Positions 44,925-56,681 of a stretch of DNA of 64,000 nt are shown here, piece by piece (position 1 is the stretch's first letter; each line of letters begins with the position of its first letter). The notes below the pieces were generated by a model that worked only from the letters and a program-made list of their open reading frames with translations, did no database searches and had not been told where the DNA came from. The position numbers and the translations under genes are program-made. This DNA comes from Carpediemonas membranifera BICM (lineage: Eukaryota > Protista > Fornicata), in NCBI GenBank assembly GCA_019828565.1, contig JAHDYR010000067.1, positions 650,244-714,243 on the forward strand. The letters run 5' to 3'.

Positions 44925-45677
44925 CTATCGTCCACGGACCCACCGCACACAACGCATGACCCTGCTAATACGATCGGTGGCTTTCTCCTTCAGCTTCTGT
45001 CGAAGCAGATCGCACATCGCGGTCTTGACGACGCGTCGAGATAATTCATCCGTGCGCAGGGTACTAACAGGCTCAACCAAGAGCTCTGTCTGAGTAGACG
45101 CCTCCTCTAGGTCTCGCACAGTCTGAGTCTCTGCATGCTCACCCTGTGGCGAAAACTGCTGGCATTTTCCCACCATCCTCGGCTTATCAGGATCAGGACC
45201 CAGCGCAGTCATGTAAACAGGTACCTCAACCCGCTTCTCGACTATCTTGACAGGCTGGGAGCCCCTGCGGGAAGGGGCTTGCGGGTGAACTCGCGTCCTG
45301 GTCGGCCCCCCGTTCGCCTCGTTGTGCAGAGCCTCCATGAAGGCATTGAAGCCGTCATCACGGCCCACCTTCTGCGTCACAAACGACATGACGCATGTGA
45401 CCGACATCTCAAAGGATGCAAAATCGGCAGCACTGGAAACATCGCGATTGTGGCAGATTGAGTTTCGAGCTGCCAACAGCTCGCGTATATGTCTCTTATC
45501 AGCGTGGTGAAGATCAGGAACACGATGTAGGATCGCTTGCAAAAGCATAGCCGGATCCATCTCGCCACCGTCACCACGGTACCTCGCGATGTACTCCTGC
45601 AGCTTCGGAATCATCCTCAGTAGCGCTTCAAACATCATGCTGGCGTATCCTGCTGAATCCTTCGCCCCAGAGCTCAT
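44925..45677 (-). CDS. Swt1-like HEPN domain protein
   Basis: MDPAMLL..I followed by IRELLAARNSICH (Rx4H motif) in a helical context. Confidence 0.6.
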   Translation of the reverse strand: MSSGAKDSAGYASMMFEALLRMIPKLQEYIARYRGDGGEMDPAMLLQAILHRVPDLHHADKRHIRELLAARNSICHNRDVSSAADFASFEMSVTCVMSFVTQKVGRDDGFNAFMEALHNEANGGPTRTRVHPQAPSRRGSQPVKIVEKRVEVPVYMTALGPDPDKPRMVGKCQQFSPQGEHAETQTVRDLEEASTQTELLVEPVSTLRTDELSRRVVKTAMCDLLRQKLKEKATDRISRVMRCVRWVRGR

Positions 45678-45937
45678 ATCGGTTTCTTCAGAACGAAATT
45701 CTAAAGAAATGTTCGGTGGTAAGTGAGATCACTGCGCGTCTAGAGACAGCAGAAACGTAACCTACAGCCCATATTGATGTGGGCTGGGCGTTGCTTCAAC
45801 TGATAAATGCCACATTTCTCTGTTTACATGGTAAGGTAACACGTGAGTGCTTTGTACTGGCATACTTAAAGGCAAGGTAAGGTTGGCGGACGTAGTATCA
45901 CCCGTGGCGCTTGACTATCACTCAATCAGACAGATAT

Positions 45938-46593
45938 TTATTTCTTCGTGGATACCTTGTCGAAGAACTGCAATGCCAAGGTCAACTTGCCTTCCTTCGT
46001 CATCTCTTTGTCGGTCAGCAGTGTCTCGAAGTCAGCGACAACGAGAGGCCGGCAAGCAAAGGGGTCAGCCCAATAGTCATCTTCGTAGGCGACCGAGAGG
46101 AACTCAAACGGACGAATGTCAACGCTTGCTTCATATACAATGACAGGCAAGACTGCATCCTCCACACAAACATGGCACAGAAGAGCACTGACATTGTGGT
46201 ACTAAATAATTGGGGGAGAGGCATGTTACAAACAGCAGAGTTGTCGTTCACCGTGTGGACTCCAAGCTTGCCCATCAGTGAAGACGCATCCATAGCGAAC
46301 TTCGTCGTGCCAACGCGAGTGCAGTACGTGGGGTCATCCGGCTGGAAGTCGATCAGTCGGCCGCAGTACAGGCCGATGATGCTCTTCGCAGGGATTTCGG
46401 CACGAGACGCGATGCCCTTGCCAGCGGTGCCTCCATATAGCGTGCGCTGATCAGTCATGTACAGCTGTACGCTCTTGGAGACACCGTTGGCCGCTATCGT
46501 GATGTCCCGGTCCAGGAACGAGCTACCCTCCTGCTTCCAGTCAATATCCTTCAAGTCTGCCGGTATTTTTGTCAAACAGCAGCTCATAGTCAT
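45938..46593 (-). CDS. SET-domain methyltransferase-like protein; 32-nt intron 46202-46233
   Basis: GKGIASRAEIPAKSIIGLYCG, MDAS, spliced VNDNSA|YHN, and ASVDIRPFEFLSVAYEDDYW; GTTTGT...TTTAG joins two ORFs in frame. Confidence 0.8.
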
Positions 46594-46947
46594 GACGAGA
46601 CATGCTAGAACCCTCCGAGGGGATTACGATCGTTTCTTCCGACATCGTTCTCAGAATTCGACCCGTTTATAAATCAATAATAAGCAAGCTAAGCTGCAGC
46701 TCAGGCACCCTCCATGCGCTCGTTCCCTGGCATCTTGGCCCGCGGCCTCTTCAGCGGCGTTTCGGCCCCTCTCGTAAATCGAGAGGTCTTCTTGATGTTG
46801 TTACTGTCTCTGTGCTCCCATTGCTTGCCAGTCTCATTGTAGTGTTAAGTTAGTGCCAAATGGTCTTTATTGCTGTTCGCTCGCATTAATACGGAAGAGA
46901 AAGAATGATGATGTTGATTAGCTTGCGGGGAAAGGCATTACCAAGCA

Positions 46948-49945
46948 TTTGACGCGCACAACCTGCTTAATACTGCATAAACGCATCGCTGATCGCTTTC
47001 TCTTCTGTTCTTCAACGCCCAAGGAGCGGCTTCCAGGTCGGCAACGGTTGCCGACCTGGACCCGTGCAGTTTATGCTTTTTCGGCCAACCGACGAAGTCA
47101 AGCTTGGCCAAGACACATACTGTGTACACGGACCCTGGCAGGCTAGTTACGCCGCTCAGCCTCTGCATCCAGTTGATAATCACTCGCCATTTACTTCTGG
47201 TGCTTTTCCTGCTCTCTCTTCTCCATCACGTCGTCATACTCGGCCCTCGTCAGCCTCACAGTTGTCATCCCGGCATCACGGATGTGCTCAAAGGCCTCAA
47301 CGGGCAGCTTCGGCATCCCGTCCTCGCTGTCGCTGCTGCTGCCCAAGTCTGACTCGCTCTCGTGATAGCGGCGAAGGCGAATGCGTCTGCTGGGCTCCCT
47401 GGTCTTCATAGCGTCATAGAGCGGAGCGAGCCCACTTCCATTGGCCCCGCTACGGACACCCTCATCGGTATCTCTCTCAGACATATCACACTCAACCTGT
47501 TGTGACTGAAGAAATGACAGGTTGTCGACGAGGCTATCCTCGGCATCGCTGTCTGAACTCTCCTCATCCTCCCACTCTCCTTCCAGCATCTCCAACCCGG
47601 CCTCATCGTCAAACTCGCCCTCCACTGCGGTCTCCGGCATCTCTGCCTCGCCAGCTGTCTCGTCAAACAGCGCCTCATCGTCAGACTCACCCTCCCCCGT
47701 GTCGCCCCCCTCGGGATTACGCTGGTCGTGGAGCTGGACCATCCTCATCCTGAGCTTTTTGTAAAGCCACCAGGTCGGCAGAGCTTAAGGTAATCCTGGC
47801 GCCCTCATCCTGGCGCCTCATCCCTGGCGCCGTCATCCCTGGCGTCCTCTCCCTCATAAATCTGAATCATCTTCTTGTCTTGCTCCCGATGTTGTCATTG
47901 CTGTTTTCGTGTCCACAAGCATTCCAGTCTCATTATAATGTTTATTCAGTACCAAATCATCCTTTAGTGACGGGCATTCTCCTCTACATTGCCGAGAAAA
48001 AGAGTTGATGTTGATTAGATGGTGACGAATGCATTACCGGACATTTGACGCGCACAACCTGCTTAATACTGCATAAAAGCATCGCTGATCGCTTTCTCTT
48101 CTGTTCTTCAACGCCCAAGGAGCGGCTTCCAGGTCGGCAACGGTTGCCGACCTGGACCCGTGCAGTTTATGCTTTTTCGGCCAACCGACGAAGTCAAGCT
48201 TAGCCAAGACACATACTGTGTACACGGACCCTGGCAGGCTAGTTACGCCGCTCAGCCTCTGCATCCAGTTGATAATCACTCGCCATTTACTTCTGGTGCT
48301 TTTCCTGCTCTCTCTTCTCCATCACGTCGTCATACTCGGCCCTCGTCAGCCTCACAGTTGTCATCCCGGCATCACGGATGTGCTCAAAGGCCTCAACGGG
48401 CAGCTTCGGCATCCCGTCCTCGCTGTCGCTGCTGCTGCCCAAGTCTGACTCGCTCTCGTGATAGCGGCGAAGGCGAATGCGTCTGCTGGGCACCCTGGTC
48501 TTCATAGCGTCATAGAGCGGAGCGAGCCCACTTCCATTGGCCCCGCTACGGACACCCTCATCGGTATCTCTCTCAGACATATCACACTCAACCTGTTGTG
48601 ACTGAACAAATGACAGGTTGTCGACGAGGCTATCCTCGGCATCGCTGTCTGAACTCTCCTCATCCTCCCACTCTCCTTCCAGCATCTCCAACCCGGCCTC
48701 ATCGTCAAACTCGCCCTCCACTGCGGTCTCCGGCATCTCTGCCTCGCCAGCTGTCTCGTCAAACAGCGCCTCATCGTCAGACTCACCCTCCCCCGTGTCG
48801 ACCCCATCGGGATTACGCTGGTCGTGGAGCTGGACCATCCTCATCCTGAGCTTTTTGTAAAGCCACCAGGTCGGCAGAGCTTAAGGTAATCCTGGCGCCC
48901 TCATCCTGGCGCCTCATCCCTGGCGCCGTCATCCCTGGCGTCCTCTCCCTCATAAATCTGAATCATCTTCTTGTCTTGCTCCCGATGTTGTCATTGCTGT
49001 TTTCGTGTCCACAAGCATTCCAGTCTCATTATAATGTTTATTCAGTACCAAATCATCCTTTAGTGACGGGCATTCTCCTCTGCATTGCCGAGAAAAAGAG
49101 TTGATGTTGATTAGATGGTGACGAATGCATTACCGGACATTTGACGCGCACAACCTGCTTAATACTGCATAAAAGCATCGCTGATCGCTTTCTCTTCTGT
49201 TCTTCAACGCCCAAGGAGCGGCTTCCAGGTCGGCAACCGTTGCCGACCTGGACCCGTGCAGTTTATGCTTTTTCGGCCAACCGACGAAGTCAAGCTTGGC
49301 CAAGACACATACTGTGTACAAGGACCCTGGCAGGCTAGTTACGCCGCTCAGCCTCTGCATCCAGTTGATAATCACTCGCCATTTACTTCTGGTGCTTTTC
49401 CTGCTCTCTCTTCTCCATCACGTCGTCATACTCGGCCCTCGTCAGCCTCACAGTTGTCATCCCGGCATCACGGATGTGCTCAAAGGCCTCAACGGGCAGC
49501 TTCGGCATCCCGTCCTCGCTGTCGCTGCTGCTGCCCAAGTCTGACTCGCTCTCGTGATAGCGGCGAAGGCGAATGCGTCTGCTGGGCTCCCTGGTCTTCA
49601 TAGCGTCATAGAGCGGAGCGAGCCCACTTCCATTGGCCCCGCTACGGACACCCTCATCGGTATCTCTCTCAGACATATCACACTCAACCTGTTGTGACTG
49701 GAAGAAATGACAGGTTGTCGACGAGGCTATCCTCGGCATCGCTGTCTGAACTCTCCTCATCCTCCCACTCTCCTTCCAGCATCTCCAACCCGGCCTCATC
49801 GTCAAACTCGCCCTCCACTGCGGTCTCCGGCATCTCTGCCTCGCCAGCTGTCTCGTCAAACAGCGCCTCATCGTCAGACTCACCCTCCCCCGTGTCGACC
49901 CCCTCGGGCTTACGCTGGTCGTGGAGCTGGACCATCCTAATCCTG
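46948..49945 (-). repeat. Array A: about 2.7 tandem copies of a 1,096-bp unit
   Basis: Near-identical ORFs at 46938, 48034 and 49130 (period 1096). Confidence 0.95.
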
Positions 49946-50745
49946 AGCTTGTTGTAAAGCCAGTCATCGAGCGTCGGCGGCACCAGGTCAGCAGAGCTTC
50001 GGATCTCCGGGTTGAGATCGAGGATCGTTGGGCGCCGCGTGGTCGTTAAGTGACTGGACGCCAACTGGTGCCTGAACTGCTCATCGGTCAGGCTGATGCG
50101 CTTGTCCTTAATGACCTTCTGAGGCTTCTCCCGCGGTCTGCCGCGGCGCTCTAGCGTGCCGATAGACTGCATCCTATCGGTGGACACGTCGATCCGCTGC
50201 GCAAAGCGAAGCATGCGAACCGTCAACCCCTGAACCTTGAGCGCCTCCGATACAGCACTGGCCTGCGGGAATCCCGATTTGAGCGTGCCAAAGCCCATCC
50301 AGCTCGGGCACGAGGTAAGGTCTATCGCATCGGGGAGATTACCTTGGAGATACGAATACTCCCAGCCCGTCTGGTTGAGCAGAATGGCAATGGCGCCATA
50401 CGGGCTGGGGAGACTCTCAACTGATGCAGGCGACACCTCTTCCTCCTCTTTCCAGGACAACGGCTTCGCGGGGTGTGGCAAGTCGAAGTTCCGGAAAGAC
50501 TGAACAGCCGAAACGATCTTCTTCTGCGTCCCCAGAGGCTTCTCAGCGAGGTACCGGCGCAAATGGGTTACCAGCTCGGCACTACGAACAATCGCGATGC
50601 CCTTCTGGATATCTGTGGCGGTTTCCTGACAAATTCTGGCCAAAACGTCTTTCAGAAGCTTGTTGTAGTTCGTACGCGATTTGGTTGGAACATTCTTCAA
50701 CCAACGCTTCATGATATCTTCGTCTATTGCCGCTACAGCCTCCAT
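49383..50745 (-). CDS. Degenerate tyrosine-recombinase-fold protein 2 with acidic tail (1-nt frameshift ~49,700); likely source of the repeat ORF
   Basis: SRTNY, YLAEKPLGTQKKIVSAVQSF (SAM-like), AILLNQTGWEYSYL (box I with Arg lost) and GLTVRMLR; 3' half equals the 185-aa repeat ORF. Confidence 0.5.
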
Positions 50746-51873
50746 GGGATGAGTTTTTGCTGCTTCAGTTTGGATTGCTATTCCAGAATTTCGACCATAC
50801 AAAACTCTAAAGTATTGGGAATTGACCCAAACTGAGCTCAGATACGTGATCTGGGGCCTGAGTGGGTGAATGGGGACCTTTCATTTTTTAAAAGTGTTGT
50901 TACACTCCCAGATTTAATGATAATCTCCGGTGCTGGAAGTAATTCTGAAATGGCGATCCAAATGCAATTATTATTCTGAAAACCGAATCCATGGTGCTGC
51001 CATTCTCTATTCGCTCTAATAGGTACCCAGGCCAGGTTTTGTACACCCTCCCGCTTGCCTCGGAATTCGGACATGCCGAAATTCTGAAATTCGAATACCA
51101 CCGCCCATTTTTGACGTATGAGATCAGTATCCCATGCCAAACCTCAGGACGGCATTCGTGTACCTTTTCCTGCCCTGTATCCATTAGATAACCACCCACT
51201 TTCCTTTCACAATGTGCACTTTATGCTCGCAACGAGATTGAAATGGCGAACTTAAGAATAGAAAGAATACTGGCGGCTTTAACGTAGTAGGCATGTGTAC
51301 AACACTAAGAAACATCAGTATGCGGGCGCAGAGCATCATTAAAGCAACAATAATCCCTAAACAACATCAAGTACCATAAGTCCACCAGGACCATACGATA
51401 TGAACTATAAATGGAGCATAGATCAGTACAGCTGATTTGAAAGTACCAGGCATGGCCAGAATACCGCAATTATCGTCCGTTGATCCACGTGACCTCCATC
51501 TTGGTCGGTATCCAGAGAACCTCCGTCAGACGCTTGCAACGGAACATTTAGGGGGAGCATCCTGAATGGGGCCAGATTTGAGGGACCCTTGGTCTGACAT
51601 GCCATGACCGAGTACTCTAGGGGCCTCCACAGTGCGTCCCGAGGTACGTTATAGCACCACAGACTTGGTGTGTCTTAGCCTGCACCGCCCGAAAGCTCGT
51701 CGGATCACTCCCCATACGTTATATCGCCATTCAGTCCACATAATGGATGTTTTCGGAGCGATTATATCCCCCGTTTGTATGGTATAACGTTTCCGACACC
51801 CCGTTGCCTACGGTTACTGGCAATTTTCTCATCTCTGTTATATGTCCATTATTGGGATATAACGAAGAGAAGA

Positions 51874-53858
51874 ATGACGTTCGAATTCCTTCACGAGTGG
51901 ATCGAGAGCACCTCAGATGATGTGATTGAGGCCGTTATCACCGAATTCAAGGAGAAGAAGACAAACAAGGCGAAGAGTGCCGTTCTTCGGGACAAATTGC
52001 TCGACGAGAACGATATCTTCGATATAGTCGTCAAGAACGGTACGTAATTGGTGCAAATGTTTATATAGGGATCAACTTTAACCACCTGTGCTCATATTTC
52101 GAGATTCAGGGCGAGAAGAAGGCAGAACTCGAGGCATTGCTGTCTCAGCAGGTGCAGGATAAGACCTCGAACGAGAACATCGAGGCAACCTTCACGGAGA
52201 AGGAGATGAAGGCGTTTGAGTCGGCCGCTGTCACAGCCTTCAAGAACTCCAAGAGGGCTGAGTATGCCAAGGAGAATGAGGGCGCGCGTATCGAAAAAGA
52301 GGCGCTGAGTGTCAAGGTTCGGGCGTGGCGCAACGCGACATCCACCAACGCGCTTGTGCGCGACCATGTCACAGCAATGGTTGCCAGGGTGCGCAGCAAG
52401 GAGGCAGACCTTGCTTACATGAAGCACTCCTGCCGCTCGTACTTCGAAGAGTACATCATCGCCCTGGAATGGTTGGAGACCCCCGCGGGAGAAGGTACGC
52501 CCCTGCTCCCCCCAGGTACTGGCGCTATCATCGATTACTATCACAAAATTGTTCGAGGATACAAGAAGAGAGTCAAGCAGTTGAGGAAGAGCTTGACGGC
52601 AAAGAGTGAGGAAGTCATCACGCTGCATCGACGCCTTCTGCAGCAGCAGGCTGAGCGAGAGGCAGCCTATGACGCTGACAAGTCCATGGATGCATCACTC
52701 CCATGCAGCCCCATCCCGCCACAGTCTGGCACAGTCTCCAGGACTTCCTGTCCCCGACGCGATACGGACGAGGCGCAGGCAGCCATGTCTGTGAAGCGCA
52801 AGGCCCTCATCATCACGCCCGAGAAGGCCAGGCCAGAGGACTCGGAGGAGGAGTCAGAGGAGGAAGAGGAGCCAGTGGAGGAGGTCGAGTCAGAGGAGGA
52901 AGAGGAGCCAGTGGAGGAGGTCGAGTCAGAGGAGGAAGAGGAGCCAGTGGCGGATGAGTTGATGGAGGAGCTGCACTTTGGCGACCTCGAGGGCGGCAAC
53001 TCCGGCGACGACGAGGATGTTTGCTCAGCGTCTGCACAAGCAACCGCTCCGAATGACCTGGCAGACCCCATAGACCTCAACTTTACGCCTGAGATGAAGG
53101 ATATCATCGCACAGCACTCTCCGGCCAAGAGTAAGTCAGAGGAGGAGCAGGAGGAAGAGAAGGCCGAGTCAGACGAGGAGGGTGGGGCAGAGGAGGAGGG
53201 TGAAACCGAGGAGAGCGGAAGAGTGGTCAACGCCAGGTCTGACCCAACCCGCTACAACCGAACTGTGGCATTCGACATGATCATCACGACAAGGCTTCCG
53301 AGTTCAGGTTGGCCTACGTATCCGACCCTGGGTTATGGGAACTGCATCATTCACTGCCTGATGATGATGTCGGGTCTGAGAACATTTACTGCGTTCAGAC
53401 GCAAATTGCCCTTGTCGCAGAAGCTCAAGGCTGAGGATGAGGCGACAGCTTACCGCCAGACGCTCCTCGCCCACGCAAGGACCATGGCCGTATTCTCAAA
53501 GATGACAGAGATAGAGCTTCTGGATGAGCTGTTTCCTGAGCACGTCAATAGTGACGGGACAGTGACGAGATGGGCATGCGTTGAAGCAATCAGAGTGTGG
53601 ACTTCGATGACAGGGAAGCCGACCATGCTTGTCAACATTGATGAGAAGATGATCACGCACATTTACCGTAACGAGAAGGGCAATGCATTGACAGTGCGGC
53701 GTCCCTTCGATGGCGATCAGAGTAGAGCGCTGGAGAGTTTTAGGGCGGAGTGCGCCAGGCTCGACATCAACTACGTGATACAGTTGATGGGTCGACATGC
53801 AACTTTGCGGAAGGTCTCAAAGCCGACCCAGGTGAAGATTAGGAGACGTAAGAACTAA
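51874..53858 (+). CDS. OTU-like cysteine protease domain protein with coiled-coil and acidic region; 29-nt intron 52040-52068
   Basis: GTACGT...TATAG joins the upstream exon in frame; motifs PTLGYGNCII, WACVEAIRV and LMGRHA. Confidence 0.65.
52851..52950 (+). repeat. 36-bp coding tandem repeat x2.8 (ESEEEEEPVEEV)
   Basis: GAGTCAGAGGAGGAAGAGGAGCCAGTGGAGGAGGTC repeated. Confidence 0.9.
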
Positions 53859-54041
53859 ATATGACATGAAGTATTCGGTAATTTGATCGGTACTATTAAC
53901 TAGGAGTCTGTTCATAGTCACAAGTGCAACATCACTCACGTCACGTGAATTAGCGAGGATATATTAGTTCACACCAGTGTTTACCCGTCTATGTTGCATT
54001 GTTAACACGTATCATTGAAACTGTGACCAACTTTGGTTGCG

Positions 54042-56555
54042 AGCATAAACTGCACGGGTCCAGGTCGGCAACCGTTGCCGACCTGGAAGCCGCTCCTTGG
54101 GCGTTGAAGAACAGAAGAGAAAGCGATCAGCGATGCTTTTATGCAGTATTAAGCAGGTTGTGCGCGTCAAATGTCCGGTAATGCATTCGTCACCATCTAA
54201 TCAACATCAACTCTTTTTCTCGGCAATGCAGATGAGAATGCCCGTCACTAAAGGATGATTTGGTACTGAATAAACATTATAATGAGACTGGAATGCTTGT
54301 GGACACGAAAACAGCAATGACAACATCGGGAGCAAGACAAGAAGATGATTCAGATTTATGAGGGAGAGGACGCCAGGGATGACGGCGCCAGGGATGAGGC
54401 GCCAGGATGAGGGCGCCAGGATTACCTTAAGCTCTGCCGACCTGGTGGCTTTACAAAAAGCTCAGGATGAGGATGGTCCAGCTCCACGACCAGCGTAATC
54501 CCGATGGGGGTCGACACGGGGGAGGGTGAGTCTGACGATGAGGCGCTGTTTGACGAGACAGCTGGCGAGGCAGAGATGCCGGAGACCGCAGTGGAGGGCG
54601 AGTTTGACGATGAGGCCGGGTTGGAGATGCTGGAAGGAGAGTGGGAGGATGAGGAGAGTTCAGACAGCGATGCCGAGGATAGCCTCGTCGACAACCTGTC
54701 ATTTCTTCAGTCACAACAGGTTGAGTGTGATATGTCTGAGAGAGATACCGATGAGGGTGTCCGTAGCGGGGCCAATGGAAGTGGGCTCGCTCCGCTCTAT
54801 GACTCATGAAGACCAGGGAGCCCAGCAGACGCATTCGCCTTCGCCGCTATCACGAGAGCGAGTCAGACTTGGGCAGCAGCAGCGACAGCGAGGACGGGAT
54901 GCCGAAGCTGCCCGTTGAGGCCTTTGAGCACATCCGTGATGCCGGGATGACAACTGTGAGGCTGACGAGGGCCGAGTATGACGACGTGATGGAGAAGAGA
55001 GAGCAGGAAAAGCACCAGAAGTAAATGGCGAGTGATTATCAACTGGATGCAGAGGCTGAGCGGCGTAACTAGCCTGCCAGGGTCCTTGTACACAGTATGT
55101 GTCTTGGCCAAGCTTGACTTCGTCGGTTGGCCGAAAAAGCATAAACTGCACGGGTCCAGGTCGGCAACCGTTGCCGACCTGGAAGCCGCTCCTTGGGCGT
55201 TGAAGAACAGAAGAGAAAGCGATCAGCGATGCTTTTATGCAGTATTAAGCAGGTTGTGCGCGTCAAATGTCCGGTAATGCATTCGTCACCATCTAATCAA
55301 CATCAACTCTTTTTCTCGGCAATGCAGATGAGAATGCCCGTCACTAAAGGATGATTTGGTACTGAATAAACATTATAATGAGACTGGAATGCTTGTGGAC
55401 ACGAAAACAGCAATGACAACATCGGGAGCAAGACAAGAAGATGATTCAGATTTATGAGGGAGAGGACGCCAGGGATGACGGCGCCAGGGATGAGGCGCCA
55501 GGATGAGGGCGCCAGGATTACCTTAAGCTCTGCCGACCTGGTGGCTTTACAAAAAGCTCAGGATGAGGATGGTCCAGCTCCACGACCAGCGTAATCCCGA
55601 TGGGGGTCGACACGGGGAGGGTGAGTCTGACGATGAGGCGCTGTTTGACGAGACAGCTGGCGAGGCAGAGATGCCGGAGACCGCAGTGGAGGGCGAGTTT
55701 GACGATGAGGCCGGGTTGGAGATGCTGGAAGGAGAGTGGGAGGATGAGGAGAGTTCAGACAGCGATGCCGAGGATAGCCTCGTCGACAACCTGTCATTTC
55801 TTCAGTCACAACAGGTTGAGTGTGATATGTCTGAGAGAGATACCGATGAGGGTGTCCGTAGCGGGGCCAATGGAAGTGGGCTCGCTCCGCTCTATGACTC
55901 AATGAAGACCAGGGAGCCCAGCAGACGCATTCGCCTTCGCCGCTATCACGAGAGCGAGTCAGACTTGGGCAGCAGCAGCGACAGCGAGGACGGGATGCCG
56001 AAGCTGCCCGTTGAGGCCTTTGAGCACATCCGTGATGCCGGGATGACAACTGTGAGGCTGACGAGGGCCGAGTATGACGACGTGATGGAGAAGAGAGAGC
56101 AGGAAAAGCACCAGAAGTAAATGGCGAGTGATTATCAACTGGATGCAGAGGCTGAGCGGCGTAACTAGCCTGCCAGGGTCCTTGTACACAGTATGTGTCT
56201 TGGCCAAGCTTGACTTCGTCGGTTGGCCGAAAAAGCATAAACTGCACGGGTCCAGGTCGGCAACCGTTGCCGACCTGGAAGCCGCTCCTTGGGCGTTGAA
56301 GAACAGAAGAGAAAGCGATCAGCGATGCTTTTATGCAGTATTAAGCAGGTTGTGCGCGTCAAATGTCCGGTAATGCATTCGTCACCATCTAATCAACATC
56401 AACTCTTTTTCTCGGCAATGCAGAGGAGAATGCCCGTCACTAAAGGATGATTTGGTACTGAATAAACATTATAATGAGACTGGAATGCTTGTGGACACGA
56501 AAACAGCAATGACAACATCGGGAGCAAGACAAGAAGATGATTCAGATTTATGAGG
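54042..56555 (+). repeat. Array B: about 2.3 copies of the 1,096-bp unit, inverted relative to array A
   Basis: Same ORFs on the + strand at 55032 and 56128. Confidence 0.95.
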
Positions 56556-56681
56556 ACGCTGAAGAGGCCATGGTGAATCGACCGGGGACCCTGGCCCGCC
56601 ATCTTCCTTCGTAAACAGTACGTCTGGTGCTCCCATGGTTGTTCCCAAGGTTCTTGTTCTTCGCGCATTGCTGGAATCGAC

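Noticed and set aside
50940-51095. Three ATTCTGAAA motifs in the divergent intergenic region
   Set aside because: A short AT-rich motif that cannot be distinguished from chance without other copies.
55032-55277. HGSRSATVADL in the 81-aa repeat ORF as a tyrosine recombinase HxxR motif
   Set aside because: It is encoded largely by the DNA palindrome, the ORF is short and lacks the other motifs, so it may be coincidental.
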